Positions 1-9,520 of a stretch of DNA of 38,354 bases are shown one piece after another. The notes under the pieces were generated by a model. That model had not been told where the DNA came from. It saw only the letters and a list, made by a program, of their open reading frames with translations, and did no database searches. Made by a program: the position numbers and the translations under genes. Source of the stretch: Octopus sinensis (lineage: Eukaryota); assembly GCF_006345805.1 (NCBI RefSeq), contig NW_021835782.1:1-38354 (forward strand), in the 5' to 3' direction. How positions within the stretch are numbered: position 1 is the stretch's first letter; the number at the start of each line of letters is the position of its first letter.

Positions 1-24
1 GGATATAATATACAGAAATCTACA

Positions 25-190
25 AGTTTTCTTCATTCTCTCTCTGTTTATATTCTCTTATTCCTTTCTGTTGAAGAGCGTAGGCTCAAAACATAAAAAT
101 CATTTTCATATTCCCGCACGTCAAGCTTAATACACTTGCTTGTTGTTCATACACCTGTCTTCGTCTTTTGTTTTTCTATAAATTTCAACT
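25..190 (+). mobile_element. Penelope-like element 3' terminal repeat (pLTR) fragment, family 1, with decayed hammerhead motif at 64-99
   Basis: Aligns by eye with 3790-3938 (downstream of a GIY-YIG fragment) and with the reverse complement of ~5652-5785; ends in (TA)n. Confidence 0.7.
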
Positions 191-224
191 ATATATATAT
201 ATGTGTGTGTGTGTCATATATTGT

Positions 225-553
225 TATTCTCTTATCTATTTCACTCACTTGATTGCGGCCTTGCTGGAGCACCGCCAGGACTTATTTTTTGTAAGCCTAG
301 TACTTATACTATCAGTCTCTTTTGCCGAACCGCTAAAGTAAAGGAACATAAATACACCACCATTCGGTGTCAAGCAATGGTGAGGGAACAACACAGACCA
401 CACACACACACACACACACACACACAAAGATATATATACGACGGGCCAAATTCACTGACAAAGCTTTGGTCCACTCGGGGCATAGACGATGGCACTTGCC
501 GAAGGTACCACGCAGTGGCACTGAATCCAGAACCATGTGATTGGTAAGAAAGC
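225..553 (-). mobile_element. tRNA-derived SINE, family A (internal CA/TA microsatellite)
   Basis: Shares TTTGCCGAACCGCTAA, TACGACGGGC and CACTTGCC(C)AAGGT.CCACGCAGTGG.ACTGAA.CC blocks with copies at 6976, 23578 and 33917. Confidence 0.8.
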
Positions 554-558
554 ATACA

Positions 559-654
<96 letters not shown>

Positions 655-687
655 GTATATGATATGATATCATATCATATCATATAT

Positions 688-822
688 TGGCCTAGAGGGT
701 ATTGCACACACGATGTAGCACGATGTAGCAATCATTCCGTAGATCGGGTGGTGCGTTGTGTTCTTGAGCAAAACACTTCATCTCACGTTATTCTGCGATC
801 ACTTCGACACCTGACGACTGGA
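688..822 (+). mobile_element. Degenerate SINE (5' part), interrupted by a younger SINE; probably resumes at ~1171-1270
   Basis: Central motif GCGTTGTGTTCTTGAGCAAAACACTTCAT shared with 9430-9460 and with the reverse complement of 1050-1085. Confidence 0.6.
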
Positions 823-833
823 GAGAGCGAACT

Positions 834-1159
834 TAAAGACTCCGCCGGTTACGACGACGAGGGTCCCAGCTGATACGATCAACGGAACAGCTTGCTCGTG
901 AAAATAACGTGCAAATGGCTGAGCATTCCACAGACACGTGTACCCTTAACGTAGTTCTCGGGGATAATCAGCGTGACACAGAGAGTGACAAGGCTGACCC
1001 TTTGAAATACAAGTACAACTCATTTTTGCCAGCTGAGTGGACTGGAGCAACGTGAAATAAAGTGTCTTGCTCAAGGACACAACGCGTCGCCGGGAATCGA
1101 ACTCACAACCTTACGATCATGAGCCGAATGCCCTAACCACTAAGCCACGTGCCCTCACT
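834..1159 (-). mobile_element. tRNA-derived SINE, family B, full length with 11-bp target-site duplication
   Basis: Minus strand has A box TGGCTTAGTGG, B box GTTCGATTC and a CORE-like GTGTCCTTGAGCAAGACACTT; TSD GAGAGCGAACT at 823-833 and 1160-1170. Confidence 0.9.
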
Positions 1160-1319
1160 GAGAGCGAACTAATGTGAGGTATTGAACATTTCATTACAAT
1201 AAACAAAACCATTTCTATGTCATTCGGCAAAAGCTGAACTGCTCATACATCATTTTTCATGGCAGAGTCCATCGTATATTTATACTATACATATATAAAT
1301 ATATTAAATATATATATAT

Positions 1320-1353
<34 letters not shown>

Positions 1354-1490
1354 ATAATAATAATATATAATATATGCATGTATATTACCATATATGTGTA
1401 GGTATGTACATATAAGTATGTATATATGCATATATTTATATATTATTTATATTATATGATCAAACGCCACGCATCTTTTCCAAGTATTTT

Positions 1491-1534
<44 letters not shown>

Positions 1535-1549
1535 CTATCTATCTATCTA

Positions 1550-1583
<34 letters not shown>

Positions 1584-1584
<1 letters not shown>

Positions 1585-1845
1585 TTTATTTTAAGCAGCA
1601 GAAAATTCAACAAAATCTGTTACTCTGAGTTTCTCGTTGCCGTTCATCAGACAGTTTTTGCTAGAATTTTTTTTATGGTACTTGTAGGATGATTGGATGT
1701 TTCCGGATTGAGTTACCAGGTCTTTTGCTTCTTCACATTTCATATTTATATCGTTCGTCTCAAGTTGCTCTTGAGCACTTCCAAGTCCAAACTTCTTCAT
1801 TGTGAGAGAATTTCTAATCAATTTTCTTTCTCAAAACAATAAATA
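1584..1845 (-). mobile_element. PLE-type terminal-repeat fragment (family 2) carrying a hammerhead ribozyme, abutting (TA)n
   Basis: 1584-1667 is nearly identical to 34071-34153; contains a canonical HHR; distal boundary uncertain. Confidence 0.6.
1617..1654 (-). ncRNA. Minimal type I hammerhead ribozyme, canonical core
   Basis: Minus strand reads CTGT-CTGATGA-ACG GCAA CGA-GAAA-CTC A GAG-TA-ACAG: stem I CTGT/ACAG, CUGAUGA, short stem II with GNRA loop (outer pair mismatched A/A; CGT in the 34 kb copies), GAAA, near-palindromic stem III, GUA cleavage triplet. Confidence 0.85.
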
Positions 1846-1849
1846 AATG

Positions 1850-1880
<31 letters not shown>

Positions 1881-1938
1881 TGTATGTATGTATGTATGTA
1901 TGTATGTATGTATGTATGTATGTATGTATGTATGTATG
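1850..1938. repeat. (TATG)n microsatellite
   Basis: Direct tandem tetranucleotide repeat. Confidence 0.95.
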
Positions 1939-1950
1939 TGTGGTTATTTG

Positions 1951-2244
1951 TTCCTTCTCGAGTCACGCCTGTCTCATAGGGCCGGTTTCCCGGTTTCCTT
2001 GGCGTATAGGTTCCCCACCTGGACGGGACGCCGGTCCGTCGCAGGTGAGCTGCAAGACGCAGGAGGACAGAGTGAGAGAAAGTTATGGCGAAGGAGTCAG
2101 CAGAAGTTCGCCATTACCTTCTGCCGGAGCTGCGTGAAGCTTAGGTGTCTCGCTCATAAACATATACATCGCCCGGTCTGAGATCGAACCCGCGATCCCT
2201 CGACCGTGAGTCCGCTACTCTAACCACTAACCCATGTGCCTCCA
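1951..2244 (-). mobile_element. tRNA-derived SINE, family C
   Basis: Minus strand A box TGGGTTAGTGG and B box GGTTCGATCTC; body CTGCGACGGACCGGCGTCCCGTCCAGG resembles the V-SINE central domain (from memory). Confidence 0.8.
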
Positions 2245-2349
2245 CACACACACACACACATACACAAACACACATATATATATACATGTATATATATATA
2301 TATATATTTATACACCACACACATAAAATAAAAGAAGGAAAATGCACAC

Positions 2350-3005
2350 GGTTTACATATATCTTTTCATATATTTTATAAACGAAAGAGTATTGTGCTT
2401 GTCGACCAGTTTCGCTTTCGCATCACAATATTGTAATTTCGTATTTTCTTAATAAGATTTTAGTCCATGTTGCGAGTGGAGAAGTTTGTAAATGAATGAT
2501 TCAACAAGTAGAAAAATCTAAGAGGAGGTAATTGGTGATCGTTATTATTGGGGACTGGGTAGGTAATTGCTCATCTTTCGGGGAGGGGATAAAGAATTAT
2601 ATATACGAAGACTCGAAAACTAAAGTAATGAGATGATGTACTAAAGTAATAAGATGTACAGTGATGGGTAAATGATCATAAATTAAAATATATACTTAGA
2701 CCAAAGTTGGTTATGCGTTCATATTTAGACGTGTTCTGTATTTTTCGATGAACAATTTTTTCTTTATTTAAACGTTCTTGTAATGAAATTGTTTCTATAG
2801 ACTGGTAGATGGGGAAGACTGTGAAGTTTGGTTGGATATCACCTGCACCATTCACTATGTGTTCACTCAATGGCAACTGTCCGCATTGTGGGAACAGGAT
2901 ATGTTCCTTATGTAGTGCGGTTCTCCGTCTCAGTGTCGTATTTGTCTGTCATATATAGTTATGTCCACAACCTGAACAAGTTATAACATAAATTAGATTT
3001 TCGCT
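2350..3005 (-). mobile_element. 5'-truncated Penelope-like element, family 3 (GIY-YIG plus 3' UTR with HHR remnant)
   Basis: GIY-YIG pseudogene at 2711-3005 followed by an HHR remnant at ~2399-2428. Confidence 0.8.
2711..3005 (-). pseudogene. PLE GIY-YIG endonuclease domain, one stop and one frameshift
   Basis: Manual translation: SENLIYVITCSGCGHNYI*QTNTTLRRRTALHKEHI...LPLSEHI...FTVFPIYQ...RLNKEK/LFIEKYRTRLN, matching the NxIY-C-C-YIGQT, R, H, E and N motifs of PLE endonucleases. Confidence 0.85.
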
Positions 3006-3232
3006 TGGCTGACTGGTTCGTGGAACAACTCTGAGACATCCGACTCGGCAACGACACCCCGGTCTCGCGCCATCTCCGCTCTACCGGTCACTCTTTACAA
3101 CACCTGTCTGCGTTCGGATTGTCCTTGCACAGGGACCATCCGGATTCCCGTCTTCGCCGTGAGCAGGGAATAATTTTCTCTCTTCGCACATTTGCGCTAC
3201 ATGAGCTCAACACTGCTCCCCTCTTCATCTAA
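3002..3232 (+). pseudogene. PLE GIY-YIG endonuclease, C-terminal half
   Basis: Manual translation: RLADWFVEQL*DIRLGNDTPVSRHLRSTGHSLQHLSAFGL...RLRREQGIIFSLRTFALHELNTAPLFI*, matching the RLxxRFxEH, PVxxHF, GH, RxxxE, IFxLxTxxPxGLN pattern. Confidence 0.85.
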
Positions 3233-3825
3233 CCTCCCTCCTCTCTCCTCTGTTCTTCTCATATCTACTTCCTCCCACCACCTCTCCATTCTTGCTCTGG
3301 CACCTACTTCTTCCCTTCATTCCAACCCACCTTTTCCCATCCACCCTCTCCCTTCATCACCCCACTCTACACAGTCCAACCCCACCATCCCTATAGATCC
3401 CATCCCACTCCACCCCATCCCTTAGACCCCCACCCTTGCTTCCATCACTGTCGCCTCACCCACACCCAACGCAAAAGCATGCCACACAACCACACCACAC
3501 TACCACGCCACATACCACCACACCACCACACACCACACCACATCACACCACCCCGCACACACTAGCACTGACCACTTCCCAGCACCTACACCATCATCCA
3601 CACACCTACACATGCACACACACACGTCAATGTCATCTGCCCCTTCTACACGCACATGCACGCTCACACATACACACGTGCACCTTCGTTTTGGGATCAC
3701 CATTACTTTATTATCTCCACTAATTCCTAGCTCTCCCTTGTGATCCCTCCATCCGGCATTCGCCATGATAGATCGCTAGCCACTATACCGATTTCTATTT
3801 TCTCTCCCTGTTTATTTCTGTGTTC

Positions 3826-3861
3826 CTTTCTGTCAAAGAGCGTAGGCTCGAAATGTAAAAG
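3826..3861 (+). ncRNA. Hammerhead-like motif with non-canonical core (family 1), decayed
   Basis: CTTT-CTGTCAA-A-GAGC GTAG GCTC-GAAAT-GTA-AAAG; stem I CTTT/AAAG and stem II GAGC/GCTC. Confidence 0.55.
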
Positions 3862-3954
3862 ACTTTCTCACTTCCCGAACGTTAAACTAATACATCTGTT
3901 TGTTGTTTACACACCCGTCTTTTTGTAAATTCTCACTATATATATATGTGTGTG

Positions 3955-4003
<49 letters not shown>

Positions 4004-4424
4004 GTGTATAAAAGAATTTTAATGCAAGAGGGAATAAACATCAGATAATAATGCGCCGAAACAACTGTGTGTTGTGTATATAAATATATATATATATATA
4101 TTATATGTGTGTGTGTGTGTGTGGTGTGTGGTGGTGTGTGGTGTGTGTTGTGTATGTGTGTGTATGTATGTATGTATATATATATACATATATATTTATT
4201 ATTGACATCCTGCTGACTTTATAACTTTATAGCCTTTCGAAAGAACGTAAATTAATATTTTCTTCTTGTACTATATCACGAAGCATACACAAAAAGATAT
4301 TTAGAACAGTATGTAAATATTGGAACGAAAGTCCCTTTTGGATACAAGAAATTTTCCAGCCCAATATCTAAATGCTATCATAAATGTCTTTATGTGTGCG
4401 CTTTGAGATATTCCATAAGAAAGA

Positions 4425-4457
<33 letters not shown>

Positions 4458-4624
4458 TGTATGTATGTATGTATGTATGTATGTGTATGTATGTGTGTGT
4501 GTATGTATGTATATATATATATATATAGGTATATATACACATATTTACGTACATACATACATATATTAGTTATAAATACACACAGTCATATATACATATA
4601 TACAGATAAATATACACCCCCCCC

Positions 4625-4656
<32 letters not shown>

Positions 4657-4805
4657 ACAGCTGGAAGCATACATCTGTAGTATATATAAATATCTATTTA
4701 TCACGATTTCGCTTCTTAGATATTCCACCTAGAAATTGCGGCCGTACAACAGCTATATATATATATATAACAAAGTGTAGTTGTAAGGTACCGCAAGAGT
4801 AGAAT

Positions 4806-5599
4806 TATATATGAAAGAAGGTTTGAAAATGCAATTTTAAAAGATGTTTATTTACTTGACCGGTTTCACTTTTCAGAAAAATATTGTCAAAAGTAACATG
4901 TAAAAGCATTGTTGTGTTAGGTACTGGTTGTCACAAAATATTACAATACATATATACATTCTTTGATAATAATAAGAACATGTTAAAAACTGTTTACAAG
5001 GAAAAATCTTGGGAAAATACAAAAAATTCATTAAAATATTGGGCACAAAAGTTGCAATACTTATATACAGTCTTTGATAATAATAAGATGTTAAAAACAG
5101 TTTACAGAAAATTTTTTTTTGAGAAATTATTAACAAGTTCATAAAACCTATTAGAATTTCATTAAAAATCATGTTTGCTTGGAAATATATATATATATAT
5201 ACACAGAAAGTTATAAGTTCAAAAAAGGTCATATTTTAGTCGTATATATATACACAGAAAGAGATATATTTAGTTTCCAAAGAATTTTAGATCAACTGAC
5301 CTGTTTCACAATTTTACAGTAAAATCGTGAAACAGGTCAGTTGATCTAAAATTCTTTGGAAACTAAATATATCTCTTTCTGTGTATATATATAGGACTAA
5401 AATATGACCTTTTTGAACATAGAATTTTCTGTGTATATATATAGATATTTCCAAACAAACATGATTTTTAATGAAAATCCTAATAGGTTTTATGAACTTG
5501 TTAATAATTTCTCAAAAAAAGTTTTTTCTGTAAACTGTTTTTAACATCATATTATTATCAAAAACTGTATATAAGTATTGCATTTTCAAACCTTCTTTC

Positions 5600-5606
<7 letters not shown>
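4806..5606. mobile_element. Fold-back (palindromic) PLE/HHR-derived element
   Basis: Arms 5053-5316 and 5320-5582 are near-perfect inverted repeats around a 3-nt loop; 4806-4835 and 5577-5606 form a 30-bp inverted repeat; a ~110-bp unit is tandemly duplicated at ~4943-5110; two HHR-related motifs. Confidence 0.8.
4852..4896 (-). ncRNA. Degenerate minimal type I hammerhead ribozyme
   Basis: Minus strand TTACTT-TTGACAA-T-ATTTTT CTG AAAAGT-GAAA-CCGG-TC-AAGTAA: 6-bp stem I, core two transitions from CTGACGA, palindromic ACCGGT stem III, GUC triplet. Confidence 0.7.
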
Positions 5607-5634
<28 letters not shown>

Positions 5635-5651
5635 TGTATGTATGCATGCAT

Positions 5652-5785
5652 GTAGTGAGAATTTACAAAATACAAGCAAAAGATGTCTTAGTTTAAAGCT
5701 CGGAAACTGAGAAAACCCTTTACGTTTCGAGCATACGCTCTTCGATAGAAAGGAATAAGAGAAAATAAACAGAGAAAGAATTTTT
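5652..5785 (-). mobile_element. PLE family 1 pLTR fragment; best-preserved HHR-like copy at 5717-5752
   Basis: Minus strand CTTT-CTATCGA-A-GAGC GTAT GCTC-GAAAC-GTA-AAGG; terminus TTTTGTAAATTCTCACTA matches 3921-3938. Confidence 0.7.
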
Positions 5786-5793
5786 TAAAAGTT

Positions 5794-5848
<55 letters not shown>

Positions 5849-6092
5849 TGTGTGTGTGTGTGTGTGAGCGTGTGTGTGTGTGTGTGTATTATAGATATAT
5901 ATACATGTACATATATATATACATGTATATATAGACATATACATACGTACATATATAGATATATTTACATATAAGTCTCTCTCTCTCTCTATATATATAT
6001 ATACACACACATACATGTATGTGGGAGTGTATGTTCTCTGTGTGTATGTATATATGTATATATGTATATAGATAGACAGAAGCAGACAGGCA

Positions 6093-6106
6093 GATAGATA
6101 GATAGG

Positions 6107-6203
<97 letters not shown>
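6093..6203. repeat. (GATA)n microsatellite
   Basis: Direct tandem repeat. Confidence 0.95.
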
Positions 6204-6975
6204 GTCGTACGTTTACGCAGGAAGAAATATCGCCGCAGCTCATGCAGTTGAAACGATACAATGAATTCTTCAGCTTCAAAAATATATTTTCTTCACCAAT
6301 TAATTTATCGTTGGGTAACTGAGTACAATTTGTCGTTGTTGAGAACATATGAATCTATTATTATAAATACATACAAACATACACACCCTCATATATATAG
6401 ATAGATAGATACACGTATGCATATGCATACACACATGCATATATTTACGTGTGTATATACTCCCATGCGTATTCATACATACACACTCGTATACATGTAT
6501 ATTCTTACTCGCACACACATTAAATGGTGTACCTCGTTCTGTCTACCTTGTCCAGAATTAAAGAGCGTAAAATGATAGAAATACCAATAAAATTAACGGA
6601 GCGTGTATAGCAGACGTAAATATTTTCGAGACAAAAGGAAGACCGTATTTGTTTGCTTTTTAGTTTTGTTGTTTTTTGCTTGCATTTTTGTCGTTTTTTT
6701 TTTTTCATAATAAGAAAATTTTGCGGTAACACGTCTTAGAATTGAAGAATTTCATGGAGAATTTGTGGGAGATGTTTTCAATCATAAAAATCATACGCAA
6801 TTTAAATCTTAATAATAAGTATACGAAGAGGGTTATATTTGAACTTTAGATAACTCGCTACACGTTTCAATTTTGTATTCATACATACACACACACACAC
6901 AGATACACACACACACACGCACACACAAAGACACACACACGCACACACACATGTATATATATACATATATATTAT

Positions 6976-7255
6976 TTTATTTAATTCAATCATTTCACTG
7001 CGGCCATACTGCAGCACCGCCTATAGTCGAACAAATCGACTTATTCTTTGTAAGCCTAGTAAGCATTCTATCGGTCGCTTGCGGCGAAACGTTAAGTTAT
7101 GGGGACGTAAACACACCAGCATCGGGTGTCAAGGGATGGTGGGGAGACAAACACTGACACACAAACATATACATACACACATATATATATACAAACTCAC
7201 ACAGAAACATACACACACATACAAACACATATATCTATATCTATCAATCTATCTA

Positions 7256-7294
<39 letters not shown>

Positions 7295-7409
7295 CAGTTT
7301 CTTTCAGTTTCCATCTACCAAATCAACTCACAAGACTTTGGTCAGCGTGAGGCTATAGTAGAAAACACTTGCCCAAGGTGCCACGCAGCGGGACTGAACC
7401 CGGAATCAT
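6976..7409 (-). mobile_element. tRNA-derived SINE, family A
   Basis: Same blocks as 225-553; B-box region CCGGGTTCAGTCCC on the minus strand. Confidence 0.8.
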
Positions 7410-7424
7410 ATATATAAGATTTAA

Positions 7425-7814
7425 ATTTTAACACAAGGCCAGCATTTTCCAGAAGCGGTAAAATCAATTACATCGACCCCAGTACACAACTGGTACTTAT
7501 TTCATCGATCCCGAAAGAATAAAAAGAGTAAGTCGAGCTGGGCAGAATTTGAACTCAGAACGTAGCGCCAGACGAAGTACCTATTTCTTTACTAACCACA
7601 AGGGGCTAAACACAGAGAGGACAAACAAGGACAGACAAACGGATTAAGTTGATTATTTCGACCCAGTGCGTAACTGGTACTTAATTTATCGACCCAGAAA
7701 GGATGAAAGGCATAGTCGACCTCGGCGGAATTTGAACTCAGAACGTAGCAGCTGATGAAATACCGCTAAGCATTTTAGCTGGAGTACTAACGATCCTGCC
7801 ATCTCGCCGCCTTA
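7425..7814 (-). mobile_element. tRNA-derived SINE, family D, dimeric/partially duplicated
   Basis: Head GGCGGCGAGATGGCAGGATCG and B box GAGTTCAAATTCC; block GTCGAC..GCCTTTCATCCTTTC.GGGTCGATAAATTAAGTACC (Meta/MESC-like domain, from memory) present twice. Confidence 0.8.
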
Positions 7815-7964
7815 CACACACACAAACATACATACATACATACATACATGCATGCATGCACACATACATACATACATACATACATACATACTACATACAT
7901 ACATACATACATACATACATACATACATACATGTATGCATGCATACATACATACATACATACAT

Positions 7965-7995
<31 letters not shown>

Positions 7996-8044
7996 TACAT
8001 ACATGCATACATACATACATACATACAGGCATATATGCATGTAT

Positions 8045-8900
8045 GCAAGGGTTGTGATGAAAGTAATGAAAAACCCGGGCTTAACTTCTTATTAACTGAC
8101 AAACGTCGTTCAGAGTGAACAGGTCGGCGGAGTAACTTTTCCTCCAACACTAACCCCTCTTTCTGTTCTTGATTACAGGCAAATAACGGATGTGAAGCAG
8201 AATGTCACGTTCCTTATTAAGTTCTTGATAACGGAGGGAGCCTCGACGGTCCAGTATCCACCGAATGGCACAGGTTGTTTTCGGAAATGACGCCAATGAC
8301 AAAACAATAGTTGCGGATGGATGAAATTTTAAAGGAGAAACTAGCATTGAAGAAAAACCACACTGTAGGCGGCCATCAACTGGGACTTCTGAGAGAACCG
8401 CCAGCGATAGGAGGAATTGTTTCGCACAGGCAAAAGAATGACGATCAGTCATTTCACTGGACATATGGACTGTGGTTACACTGCATTACCAAAGATGATG
8501 AAAGCCTTTTGGTCTCACAAAGTATGTGCAAAATGGCTGCCTCAGCTGTTGACATCTGATTTGTAAGGAAAAAGCGTAAATGCCTGTTCTGACACGAAGC
8601 GTTTGCAGTCAATGAAGGCACGATTTTGCTGATCTGATTACAGGGGATGAAACGTGCGTTTATCTTTATGATCCGGAAATGAGGGCTTAGACTATGCAAT
8701 TGAGTTACATCTGTTCTCCAAGACTACAGAAACCCAAGGTTCAGCGATTTTAAAGAAGGTCATAGAGACTATTTTGGGGATTGACTTTGATTTTCTGAAA
8801 CGTGGCTGTACCGTGAACAACGTGTGTGACACTGAGGCATTCAAAAAGCTTAGAGAAGCAAGTAATAGGAAGTGACTATCCACCATTATTGTTCATGACG
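8045..8900 (+). mobile_element. Highly decayed mariner-like transposon
   Basis: Fragments translate to FKGETSIEEKPHCRRPST and ITGDETCVYLYDPE...SPRLQKPKVQR..KKVIETI, matching the mariner RSGRP and ITGDETWVYxYDPE motifs; ends approximate. Confidence 0.75.
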
Positions 8901-9520
8901 GGACACATCTTTAGCAACAAACCAGGCAATCGGCAAATCGATCAATGGTCGCCCCAACTCCACCATAAAGCTTGATCAACACAAGTTTAAACAACAATAG
9001 TTTGATACAGTTCTTACACACGCGGCAAGGTGTACCGAAGGGTCAGACACAAGGTTTAACGTTAAGGGTCAGCCAGTTCATATATATATATATATATATA
9101 TATTAGGAGACTGGAATAGGGATACGGTCTTAGTTCACTTGAAGCAATGTCTGTGTTGGATTCCCTTCAAGTCTTAGAATCCACAAAACACTCAAGCAGC
9201 CATGTATACTTCGACCGGAGCCAGTAAGAACGTGTCTACGTGTAGCTTGGTCCACTGTAAATACCAACCAAATTTCTGTCAAATCACATAGTATTCATAT
9301 TATATAAGACGGGCTTCCACACAATCTCCATCTATGAAGTTCACTTACAAGGTATTGGTCAACATTGGATTCGCGGAGCTTAGTGGTTGTGATCGTAAGA
9401 TTGTGATTTCGTTTCGTGGACCAGGCGATACGTTGTGTTCTTGAGCAAAACACTTCATTTCACGCTGCTCCAGTTTACCCAGCTGGCAAAAATGAGTAAT
9501 CATGCGACGGACGGGGAATG

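Larger units (their letters stand above)
3002..3938 (+). mobile_element. 5'-truncated Penelope-like element, family 1 (GIY-YIG C-terminus, C/CA-rich 3' UTR, pLTR with HHR-like motif)
   Basis: GIY-YIG fragment at 3002-3232, low-complexity UTR, HHR-like motif at 3826-3861, ends in (TA)n. Confidence 0.8.

Noticed and set aside
1070-1157. tRNA-like sequence with A/B boxes (also at 2170-2244 and 7720-7814)
   Set aside because: These are SINE heads continuous with SINE bodies, not tRNA genes
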